DNA of 64,000 bases from a virus (lineage: Duplodnaviria; Caudoviricetes), in the IMG/VR virus record IMGVR_UViG_3300002446_000068, positions 8,958 through 72,957 of that record, one strand, 5' to 3'. The position numbers were made by a program, and so were the translations under genes. Below are positions 38,105-46,345 of the stretch, piece by piece (the first letter of the stretch is position 1; each line of letters starts with the position of its first letter). The notes under the pieces were generated by a model, which was not told where the DNA came from, made no database searches, and saw only the letters and a program-made list of their open reading frames with translations.

Positions 38105-39502
38105 ATGAAGGTCACACTACACCTAATCGGTCCAGCCCCCGCATGGGCGCAAACCTACCTGGCCCGTTCAGGAGCCAAGACTGTAAAGGGACTGAACTGG
38201 TATCCCAAGTGGCCGGGAATTGAGACAATTGGCCGCATCTACAACGATGCCACCAAGGAGCCAGAACCGCTGGCCAGCTTGATTCGGCGTGGAGCAGCAG
38301 GCGCAGACGACCTATTCCAGATTGTGTGGCCCGAAGTCGAAAAGAACCCGCACGTCTCCATCTGGGAGTTGTACAACGAAGCCCCCATCTGGCAAGCGGA
38401 CATTCTGGCAAAGTTCCCAGAGTTTAACCAGCGGCTCATCTCACTCATGCACTCGCGTGGGCGCAAGATATGCGTCGGGGCTATCAACACGTACTGGCCC
38501 CGTCCCTACCAGTACCAGGCGATTGCCGATGCCTGCCAGGGTGCAGACGGCCTATCATTCCACGAGTATGCCAAAAAGGACATGAGGGACGACCCGGACA
38601 TTCTGCACTACCGTGACTTTCACGACTGGTGCGTAGAGCACAACCGCACCCACCCGCCTGTCTGGATCACCGAATGTGGGCTAGACGAGATAGGTGGGCC
38701 CGACCACGGGCACTGGGGTTGGAGCGGTATCCTCAACAACAACGCAGACGCCTACGCCGATATGCTATCCTGGTACAATGCCCAGTTATGTCAAGATGAT
38801 TATGTAGTCGCCGCTACTGTATTCACAACGGGCGGCGGCTGGAATCAATTCGAGTTTGGAGAATCTGTCGCAATGAAACTGGCAGACAGAATCGGCGGTG
38901 GAACAGGGCCGGGCCCGACACCGCCAGACAATGGAAATGGAGGGAATAGTATGGGTATCACATTCAAATGGTATGACGGCAGTGTAGTCACGGAGAGTAG
39001 GTTCCGTGAAGAGTTCGGGAACTTTATCATCACCACCCCACCCACTGCGGAGTACAAGCTGGTCGAGATGAGGGCCGCCAGTGGGTACAGCACCTTCATC
39101 GCCGCTATCCTGAAAAAAGACGGCAAGCCCGACATAGGCCGCTTCCTGCGGTATGAGTGGCCCGATGGGGTGGCGCTGGACCCCGTAAAGGAGAATGGAA
39201 ATACAGAACATCCTATGGGCGGCGGCGAGAATTACTTTGTAGACCAACATGGGCGTGGCCCCGTCACAGCGTCGGTCAACGGTGTCAAGAGCGACAGCGT
39301 GCAGGGTGTGGGGTGGCTGGGGGGCACAAACCACCACCACTTTGACGTGACCTTTCGCAAGGTGGACCTGGTCCCTGAACCCGAGCCGGAGCCTGAACCC
39401 GAGCCGGAGCCTTCCCCAAACCTTGAAGCTCTGCGCGCCCTGCTACACGACATCCGAGACAAGATTGACACGGCGCTTGCAATGGTGGAGGCGATGGGAT
39501 GA
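38105..39502 (+). CDS. Clan GH-A-like glycoside hydrolase with C-terminal domain and PE linker
   Basis: WELYNE (acid/base), SFHEY, WITECG (nucleophile). Confidence 0.7.
   Translation: MKVTLHLIGPAPAWAQTYLARSGAKTVKGLNWYPKWPGIETIGRIYNDATKEPEPLASLIRRGAAGADDLFQIVWPEVEKNPHVSIWELYNEAPIWQADILAKFPEFNQRLISLMHSRGRKICVGAINTYWPRPYQYQAIADACQGADGLSFHEYAKKDMRDDPDILHYRDFHDWCVEHNRTHPPVWITECGLDEIGGPDHGHWGWSGILNNNADAYADMLSWYNAQLCQDDYVVAATVFTTGGGWNQFEFGESVAMKLADRIGGGTGPGPTPPDNGNGGNSMGITFKWYDGSVVTESRFREEFGNFIITTPPTAEYKLVEMRAASGYSTFIAAILKKDGKPDIGRFLRYEWPDGVALDPVKENGNTEHPMGGGENYFVDQHGRGPVTASVNGVKSDSVQGVGWLGGTNHHHFDVTFRKVDLVPEPEPEPEPEPEPSPNLEALRALLHDIRDKIDTALAMVEAMG
39374..39412 (+). repeat. 18-bp tandem repeat encoding the PEPEPE linker
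   Basis: cctgaacccgagccggag twice, plus cct. Confidence 0.9.
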
Positions 39503-40650
39503 TAGTCCCTGAATCTGTTTCTGGCCGACCTGTCACCAACAGAGGAGTTCACCTACAACCGTCTGGGCAGCATACAGCCTGGATGAAACGGGCCGACTAC
39601 TGGATCAAGCTCTTGGTAGACATGAACATGTCGTGGGTCACAGTCCTTAGTGATAGTGATGCCTTCCTTACCAGCGGGGCAGCAAAGGCGCTGCTCGACG
39701 CTGGCATTATCCCCATCGTGCGATTCGCCTACACATTCCCAGGACCGTGGACCCACGCCGACTTGACCGAGAAATTCGTCAACCTGTATGCCAAGTACAA
39801 TGCCCCGTGCATCATCCAGTTTGCCAACGAACCATTCGATTCCAGAGAGTGGCGCAACGGAGAGGTCCCGGACTATGAGACAGCATGGGGCATTATCGCC
39901 AAGCGGTGGGAGGAAGCGGCACGTGCCATCGTCGCGACGGGGGCCTATGCAGGGTTTCCAGATGGACCGTGTTACAGCGAGAATCCCTTTATGCGTATCG
40001 CATCGACATATGATTTGTGGCATGTCGAAAAATGCGTGTATCTTGGGCATTTCTACGCCAAGGGACGGCCTCTCCACTGCCCCTATGATGATGTAAGTAG
40101 CTACGGGACTCCGCTCACAGAAGCCGAGTACCGAGCCGCACTAGATGACTTTGCCGACGACCCGAATTGGCACGATGTACCCCTTGAGGTTATAAACAGG
40201 GCACGCCGAGAGCAGGCTGACCCGCACCGCACAGCACTTGACGATGATGTTTGTTGGAGAGGCTGGGAGAAAGTGGACTATTATGCAAACGAAGCATTAG
40301 ACCACTCTGTACCGATGGCTATGACAGAGGGGGGATGGACGCCCAGGGACCGAGCCGGTAGCGGGCCAGACTGTGACCTGCGTTGGCCATTGACCACGCC
40401 CAAAATGGTTGCCAAGCATACTGTGGGCATGTTCAACACGACGTCCCCATTGTTCGCTATATGCCCTTGGCTTCTAGCGTCCCAGGACATGGGAGCAAGC
40501 GGGTGGCCGGACGATTGTTGGGTGGGGTACGCCTATGAGGACAAATATGGCCGTGAGAAACCAGTGGTAAAGGCACTCAAAAAGAAAGAGCCTACGCTAG
40601 TCGAATTGCTCCGAGAAGCGCAGGCTCTGGCACGTGAACTTGGAATCTAG
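39499..40650 (+). CDS. Second clan GH-A-like hydrolase
   Basis: IQFANEP, GHFY, MAMTEGGW. Confidence 0.65.
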   Translation: MIVPESVSGRPVTNRGVHLQPSGQHTAWMKRADYWIKLLVDMNMSWVTVLSDSDAFLTSGAAKALLDAGIIPIVRFAYTFPGPWTHADLTEKFVNLYAKYNAPCIIQFANEPFDSREWRNGEVPDYETAWGIIAKRWEEAARAIVATGAYAGFPDGPCYSENPFMRIASTYDLWHVEKCVYLGHFYAKGRPLHCPYDDVSSYGTPLTEAEYRAALDDFADDPNWHDVPLEVINRARREQADPHRTALDDDVCWRGWEKVDYYANEALDHSVPMAMTEGGWTPRDRAGSGPDCDLRWPLTTPKMVAKHTVGMFNTTSPLFAICPWLLASQDMGASGWPDDCWVGYAYEDKYGREKPVVKALKKKEPTLVELLREAQALARELGI

Positions 40651-40880
40651 CCGAGCGATTCGTCGATAGACGTTGGGCGCTCAAAGCCAGAACTGTATTC
40701 GAGCCGGGGGCCAATGTCAGAATCATTGGGTCCTTCTTTTAGTTTGCGCCAAGCCCTCACTTCTCTTTTCCAATGTCGGTCTGACGCAATGCAGGCCACA
40801 ATCAAGAGACACCCTATGCCCAACGGGATCAGCACCGCGACAACCACTAGAATCACAATGGCCCACTCTACGTCTGTCAT
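40647..40880 (-). CDS. Small membrane protein
   Basis: MTDVEWAIVILVVVAVLIPLGIG TM helix. Confidence 0.55.
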   Translation of the reverse strand: MTDVEWAIVILVVVAVLIPLGIGCLLIVACIASDRHWKREVRAWRKLKEGPNDSDIGPRLEYSSGFERPTSIDESLG

Positions 40881-41039
40881 AGCGATTCCAGCAGTTTCTC
40901 TATCCGTAGTAAAGCCTGCTCGATACGCTCCAAGATGGCATGATAATTGGGCTGGTATGTTTCGGGGAACGCAGCACGTCCTTGACATAAATGCTGCTCT
41001 CCAGATTTCACGACGCGCCCACACAACATGCACGTCCAC

Positions 41040-41330
41040 TCACTGCGGTCTGTTGTCTCGTACATTATCAGCCTCCATCTGGCACTCCGAGCACCAGTGT
41101 GTTGACAGTCCAGACACTGCAACGTCCCATCGCAACGCAGAACGTGGATGGCCGCACTGCATGATTTCGGTGAGGTCTGGTAGCAATTTCACCCAATTGA
41201 TTGCCGCTTCCACGCCCATCACATCTGCTACCAGAATAGCACTCCACCTGTGCCACCCGTTGATACCGGGCTTGTTGTCCAAAGCATCGAGCAACCGCAC
41301 ATCAACAATCACGTCGCTGGGTTCTTTCAT
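41040..41330 (-). CDS. Hypothetical protein
   Basis: ORF track; CGH..CSEC. Confidence 0.5.
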   Translation of the reverse strand: MKEPSDVIVDVRLLDALDNKPGINGWHRWSAILVADVMGVEAAINWVKLLPDLTEIMQCGHPRSALRWDVAVSGLSTHWCSECQMEADNVRDNRPQ

Positions 41331-41386
41331 TGTATCCCCCTATGTCTGCGATGGGACGGAATTCGTCCCTTTCAATACAGCGGACA

Positions 41387-41629
41387 TTATTCTTCCTCAT
41401 ACCGAGCGCAAGCATCCCAGCCTGCATAGTGGTCGGTTGCGGGGCCACGTGTGCTACGCCGCAAGTCACACTTCAGGTATCGCTTGCTTGTCCCGCCCTG
41501 CGCATACAAGTGCTTGCAGGTCTTACAGGTCTTTCTCTCTGGCCCACGCCCATAAAGATGCACGCAGGGATTGACCTTGCGGCTCACCGTCTTTAGTTCG
41601 GGCGGGCCAACGTCAAACAGCTCGTTCAT
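41387..41629 (-). CDS. Cys/His-rich hypothetical protein
   Basis: GGAGG RBS; CKTCKH..KCDLR..HY..C. Confidence 0.6.
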   Translation of the reverse strand: MNELFDVGPPELKTVSRKVNPCVHLYGRGPERKTCKTCKHLYAQGGTSKRYLKCDLRRSTRGPATDHYAGWDACARYEEE

Positions 41630-41960
41630 CTCCGCCTCCGTTTCTTTGGGTTATTCTCATCAAACTCTTTCACCCGCTTTTTCACGTCCTTTGCAAATCC
41701 AACGGAGGACAATACCCCAATCAAAATCGCCACAAATATCAAGAGTTCCATCACTTCCCCTTTCGCCACTTTGATTCAAACAGCTTGGACCGAGACTCCC
41801 CGTTCTTGTCTGTAACCATTACCCATCTACGATTCTCTTGACCATCAAACGAAAGGCCAAGGATGTCGCTCGGACACCAGACTCGAACGATGTAGCACGA
41901 AATACGCTGTTACACAAAGGACACAAAAACTTGCCGTTGCCGATTGCGGGGCAGTATCGG

Positions 41961-42221
41961 TTATGGCAATTCGGGCAGACTTGATAAGCCATCCACTTCT
42001 TCCTTGACCCAAACCAGGGTATCATCGTCCAGTTCCGCTACCGAATACTGCCCACGCGGACCGCAACTCTCGCAATTGACAGATATGAGTTTCTTTTTGG
42101 TGTGGCTGTACAGCGGGTCCCACTGTTCCACCTTGGTCCACCAAGGACGGCTACCGCCAAGCGTCCACCGTTGAAACTTTGCCCCCACCTCCAACTGTCC
42201 GAAAGGAATCTGTACCTTCAC
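41961..42221 (-). CDS. Hypothetical protein
   Basis: ORF track; GAGGAG RBS and overlap with the upstream stop. Confidence 0.55.
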   Translation of the reverse strand: MKVQIPFGQLEVGAKFQRWTLGGSRPWWTKVEQWDPLYSHTKKKLISVNCESCGPRGQYSVAELDDDTLVWVKEEVDGLSSLPELP

Positions 42222-42397
42222 GATTCCTCCTCATGGCGGGCCGCATATGTGTCCATCCAGTAGGCCAGCAACTCCCGCGCCTCTTTTCTGGTAAGCCCGA
42301 ACGCACCCTGCACGTAAGGCGCAGCCATAAACATATTGGTGACACCAGATTCCCGCAACTTATCCAGAAATTGCAACTGTTCTTCCGTCCACTCCAT
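42218..42397 (-). CDS. Conserved small phage protein (LDKLRESGVTNMF type)
   Basis: Recognisable motif; GGAGA RBS. Confidence 0.65.
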   Translation of the reverse strand: MEWTEEQLQFLDKLRESGVTNMFMAAPYVQGAFGLTRKEARELLAYWMDTYAARHEEES

Positions 42398-42407
42398 CGA
42401 CAGTCTC

Positions 42408-42620
42408 CTATGGGGCGTTCGCGTCCCGCGTCTCCTGATATTCGTTATAGTCCGCTGGCGGCTGCCATGCGGGTTCCGGTGTTTGCCGGATGGTCGTCCA
42501 GTGGGGCTTGGGGGTTGCGCAGGTGTCCAGCGCACGGTCTCCTGGCGTACCCCACTCGCAAGCCAACATCATAACGAACACCAGTAACGCAAGCATAACA
42601 ATTCCCAATCGCCTCACCAT
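42408..42620 (-). CDS. Putative lipoprotein
   Basis: Basic N-terminus, hydrophobic stretch, LAC lipobox. Confidence 0.55.
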   Translation of the reverse strand: MVRRLGIVMLALLVFVMMLACEWGTPGDRALDTCATPKPHWTTIRQTPEPAWQPPADYNEYQETRDANAP

Positions 42621-42727
42621 ATGAACCTCCAGTTCCCGCTTAGTGCAAATATCGTCAAGGCCTGAGGCCCACCCCTACCGAGCATCTCGATGAAAGGGCC
42701 ACAAAACTCAGTAGGGGTGGGAGCCTG

Positions 42728-43126
42728 TCAAACCTTCAACGCTTCCTCGAGAGTTAGTGGTCGGCCAAAGCCGCATACATCGCCCAAGTCCTCGAACTGC
42801 CCGTCTGGCTGCAAGTCGGTTACATAGTAGGCCACGTCGCGGCTGCTATAGCCGCACCAGCGAAATTGAGAGAGGCGCTTCATCATCCCTCGAGCCTCGT
42901 CGCTGCCATCATAACCGCCAAATTCGTAGCCGGTCGTTACGTATCCAAGCTGACCGGCCACGATGCTGTCTAGTTCCTCTGGCGTGAAGTCCTCTGCCAG
43001 GGCGAGCCATGCCGGACCGTCAGGCTCGCCGCCGTTATCATCGAACTGATACCCTTCCAGGAGCGGCCAAACCCGCTCCACCTCGTTGCCAAATAGGACT
43101 ACCAACTCGACAGCTCGCTTCTCCAT
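42728..43126 (-). CDS. Acidic hypothetical protein
   Basis: ORF track; GAGG RBS. Confidence 0.6.
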   Translation of the reverse strand: MEKRAVELVVLFGNEVERVWPLLEGYQFDDNGGEPDGPAWLALAEDFTPEELDSIVAGQLGYVTTGYEFGGYDGSDEARGMMKRLSQFRWCGYSSRDVAYYVTDLQPDGQFEDLGDVCGFGRPLTLEEALKV

Positions 43127-43176
43127 CGCAAACCTCTTTCTGCCGGCTTTTCGCCCGACCGGCGGGGCATCGTGAC

Positions 43177-43401
43177 TTAGCTTTTTGCGACAACCCAGTC
43201 GCTGAACTCCTTGGCGCTCATTTCCTGGATGTTTTTCGCGATTTCTTCGCCAAGGTCGGTCGTAAACTTTCCCCGAAGTACGTGACCCAGGTTCCTGGCC
43301 ACCCGCTCAACCATCGGCTGTGTGATTCTGCCAACCATGTAGTCCCACAGCCAGTCCTCTAATTCATTTGCGCCTCTGGGCAATTCTTGCAACTGTACCA
43401 C
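43177..43401 (-). CDS. Hypothetical protein
   Basis: AAGGAGG RBS upstream. Confidence 0.55.
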   Translation of the reverse strand: MVQLQELPRGANELEDWLWDYMVGRITQPMVERVARNLGHVLRGKFTTDLGEEIAKNIQEMSAKEFSDWVVAKS

Positions 43402-43431
43402 TTCCCTACCTCCTTTCGTTCGCTTCCAACC

Positions 43432-43490
43432 TTAGAATTGGGGCGGTACCGATTTGCGCGGTGCATCGGGTTATTACTTCGCTACACACA
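43432..43490 (-). repeat. Diverged partial copy of the 3' half of the 44341-44419 tRNA-like element
   Basis: About 55-nt alignment with about 8 substitutions, all transitions. Confidence 0.8.
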
Positions 43491-43587
43491 CCTCCCTCAC
43501 GAACTCAATGCAAATATCGCCACGCAAGCCACTATGCACACCACAATCACAACCACCAGTAACATTGCCTCTTGGGGAGTCAAATCA

Positions 43588-44322
43588 TCACTTCTCACTG
43601 ATTGCCTCCTGTTTCCATTCGTACACAACCGCGGCGGCTGGCCCGGCGTGAAGCCGCCACGTTTTCCCGTCGAAGGCAGGGACAAATCCCCGTTCCCACA
43701 GGCCTACTGCTGCCTGGAACGGATATGAGCCGGGCTCGTGAGAAACATACTTCCACTTGTCCAACCTGAAAAAACTGCCAATGTATGCCCACACGCTGTC
43801 CCACACGCTGTCCCACACCCTGTTCCACAGGATGTCCCACAGGCTATCCCACACGCTGTCACACACACTGGCCCACACGCCGGCCCCCTCGCTGTCCCAC
43901 ACACTGTCCCTCACGCTGGCCCTCACGTTGGCCCTCACGTTGGCCCACTTACGAGCGAGAGCTACAATTTCTTCATTCACCTCTCCCGCATCAATTTGGA
44001 ACGGGTGAATGATAGGCTTGACAATCAGTTCGGGGGCAATGGTGGTCCAATCCATATTGCGGCAAAACTCTTCAACTGCTGCACTGTCGTCAGTGCTATT
44101 CAATTTGTCTACCTTGAATTTGCCGGTGAGCATGTTGTACTCGTACTTGTTGAGTGTATCCTCATCACGCCCCCGTACCCCATGATAATGCGCGATGCTG
44201 GTATGGCTATCGGTATCTTGGTACGGCGTTTCGCCGTTAATGATTTTCCGGCGCATCTCGGCATCAAAATAGAACATCTTGCCGGTACCATCACTAACAC
44301 AACTGAAAAACTCACACATCAT
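43588..44322 (-). CDS. Protein with (V/L)WDS tetrapeptide repeats
   Basis: AAAAAGGAGG RBS; VWDSVWDS run. Confidence 0.7.
   Translation of the reverse strand: MMCEFFSCVSDGTGKMFYFDAEMRRKIINGETPYQDTDSHTSIAHYHGVRGRDEDTLNKYEYNMLTGKFKVDKLNSTDDSAAVEEFCRNMDWTTIAPELIVKPIIHPFQIDAGEVNEEIVALARKWANVRANVRASVRDSVWDSEGAGVWASVCDSVWDSLWDILWNRVWDSVWDSVWAYIGSFFRLDKWKYVSHEPGSYPFQAAVGLWERGFVPAFDGKTWRLHAGPAAAVVYEWKQEAISEK
43785..43940 (-). repeat. Imperfect 12-bp tandem repeat (tetrapeptide coding)
   Basis: cccacacgctgt-like units on the plus strand. Confidence 0.8.
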
Positions 44323-44340
44323 TTGCCTCCTTTTTAGAAT

Positions 44341-44419
44341 TGGGGCGGCACCGACTTGCACGGTGCACTGGGCTACTACTTCGCCACCCAAGGCCGGTTC
44401 TACCACGGCCACCCGCCCC
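44341..44419 (-). ncRNA. tRNA-like element with non-canonical anticodon arm
   Basis: GGGGCGG/CCGCCCC acceptor, GCCG-TGGTAGAAC-CGGC D arm, CACCG-TGCAAGT-CGGTG T arm, 12-nt central loop. Confidence 0.55.
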
Positions 44420-44521
44420 CACGTTCTTACAAAGCCAACACCAATGCCATCCAGACGCCTACAGAGCAAAAGACTACCAAGACCAACATCACCATGCCCA
44501 CGACCAACATGCCCTCGCCGG

Positions 44522-44812
44522 TCATGTAAGCGCCTTGATCAACATCCCCGCCAACAAGATCCCGCTCCCCATTATCAGCAGGAGCGTTCCGAAACAGCCA
44601 TCGAAAAAACCCCCGCCGCTGCGCCACTCGTCCGGGTCGTTGCTGTGCTTGTTGTTGTCCTGCCGTGTCGCGTGAACCCCTGAAAAGCTCTGGCTTTTCA
44701 AATCCAGGTTCCCACTCACCCGACCGCCTCCGGTCGCTCCGCCTTTGTAATTTGTGATATGGACCGAACCGTCCTCGTTGTCCTTCCAACTGATTCCCCA
44801 CTTGCCAGACAT
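44522..44812 (-). CDS. Small protein with C-terminal TM helix
   Basis: GGAGG RBS; hydrophobic C-terminus. Confidence 0.6.
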   Translation of the reverse strand: MSGKWGISWKDNEDGSVHITNYKGGATGGGRVSGNLDLKSQSFSGVHATRQDNNKHSNDPDEWRSGGGFFDGCFGTLLLIMGSGILLAGMLIKALT

Positions 44813-44890
44813 CCTCTTTCCTCCCGTTCATCTTTGGTCTCCCTCCATAAGCCCGGCGTGGTGGGGGGTTCCCCACCGGACGCCGCCCGA

Positions 44891-45169
44891 CTAAATGAAT
44901 CCCAAGACCAGCAGCCAGCTTGGGCGACCGTGCTCACACCAGCCGTCCGGTTCCACCCAACAGCCGTGCGGGCAAGCTGCCTCACACCCGCCGTCGCCTT
45001 CGTCCTCCACAAGCTCATCAAAGTCCGGGGGCTCCAATCCCTCATCCTCCCACGGAGCCTCAAGGAGAACTTGTTCCTTTTCCTTCCGGTTCATCAGTTC
45101 ATCCATCCTCTCAAAAGGGCAGTTAGATTGAGAATCCGACCCGTCGCCGTCTTGCGGCCCTCTCGCCAA
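44891..45169 (-). CDS. Small Cys/His zinc-binding phage protein
   Basis: CEAACPHGCWVEPDGWCEHGRPS; start uncertain. Confidence 0.65.
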   Translation of the reverse strand: MARGPQDGDGSDSQSNCPFERMDELMNRKEKEQVLLEAPWEDEGLEPPDFDELVEDEGDGGCEAACPHGCWVEPDGWCEHGRPSWLLVLGFI

Positions 45170-45492
45170 TACAGGGGCAAGTCTCCCACAAACGGCTTGC
45201 CGCTATCCCACACGGTATAGCCGTCCAGATAACCAGAGTCCAATGCCCTGGCCATCATGGTGCTGCCGTCCACAAACTCCACCAAGAACCAGTCCCCGCA
45301 CTCCACTTCTCCTGATTCGTACCAAGAGAGGGGGACTGCAACCCAGGGCCCGGTTTCTTGTTCATATCGGTATCCTGGGCACTTGAGAGGCTTGCCCTCA
45401 AATTGAGGACCGCCGTAAAACGTGATGCCGCCCACCTCCCAGTCCTGTACAGACATTTGCAGAACAGCGGTGAGCATTGCTAGCATTTCCAT
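45094..45492 (-). CDS. RlpA-like double-psi beta-barrel protein (putative)
   Basis: ITFYG..., WVAVP...CGD...ARALDSG. Confidence 0.55.
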   Translation of the reverse strand: MEMLAMLTAVLQMSVQDWEVGGITFYGGPQFEGKPLKCPGYRYEQETGPWVAVPLSWYESGEVECGDWFLVEFVDGSTMMARALDSGYLDGYTVWDSGKPFVGDLPLYWREGRKTATGRILNLTALLRGWMN

Positions 45493-45583
45493 CCCAGCCT
45501 CTCCCTCTTTTTTAGGTTACGCAGACGCTTTGCATCAGAGGCCACCAGCAGCCCAAAATACAGCGCCAGAACGATGATGACTA

Positions 45584-46345
45584 TCATGCGTTGATGTTCC
45601 CTCCTACCCGCGCAACAATCCACCGGGCCACATTCTCTGGTAGTTCGATGATATCTCCTCCTTCCTTGTGGCAACTCACTGTCAAATACAGCAAGTCGTT
45701 TGCCCCAGGACGCTCATACACCGTATTAAAGTACAACTTGCCGCCCATGTACACAGCGTCCGTGGCGTAGATCTGTACGGCGCCCGATACCTCACTCACC
45801 AACTTTCGTGCTTGGCCCGGGTCCGGCAGGGCGGCGATTGCTTCTAAGAGGCCCTGGACAGAGCCTCCCGGAAGCTGGTCTACGTCAATGTGCGTTTCTA
45901 TCTCGCCGTCTGGGTCAACAATGTTGGTGAGAACGTCTGCCCCTGCCGTGGGGCAGTACGCCAAGATGTTGAGAATCGACATCCAATCTGCACCCTGCTG
46001 GATGTAGCCGTGAATCTCCATGCACCGCTGGCGTACCAACCCCGCACTCATGGGTAGCCCCACGGACTGCAACCATGCCGACCACGATGAATATCCCGTT
46101 GCCTCCACAGCTTCCTTCCGTGTCGAAAGCCCCTCAAACAATTCCTTCTGGCGGTAACAGGCAATCAACGTTACCGCACGAACAGTCGCCCATGCCGTCG
46201 CCCCACGCCTTGCAATCGCATCAGGTATGAGCGGGTCAACGGTTGTCACCAGTGTTGTGATAAACTCCGGTTGTGACAGTGACACTATGTCACTTGGCAA
46301 ACTGTCCAAGACCCACCTCCCACATAATGGCAGCGGTAGAAACAT
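45584..46345 (-). CDS. Hypothetical protein (start uncertain)
   Basis: ORF track. Confidence 0.6.
   Translation of the reverse strand: MFLPLPLCGRWVLDSLPSDIVSLSQPEFITTLVTTVDPLIPDAIARRGATAWATVRAVTLIACYRQKELFEGLSTRKEAVEATGYSSWSAWLQSVGLPMSAGLVRQRCMEIHGYIQQGADWMSILNILAYCPTAGADVLTNIVDPDGEIETHIDVDQLPGGSVQGLLEAIAALPDPGQARKLVSEVSGAVQIYATDAVYMGGKLYFNTVYERPGANDLLYLTVSCHKEGGDIIELPENVARWIVARVGGNINA

Noticed and set aside
44348-44366. Similarity to the Cas9 tracrRNA 3' hairpin (GCACCGAC...CGGTGC)
   Set aside because: Short match explained by the T arm; no Cas9 or anti-repeat
43432-44395. DGR template/variable repeat pair (several A versus G differences)
   Set aside because: No reverse transcriptase in the window, differences are transitions only and include non-adenine sites, and neither copy lies in a lectin-like C-terminus
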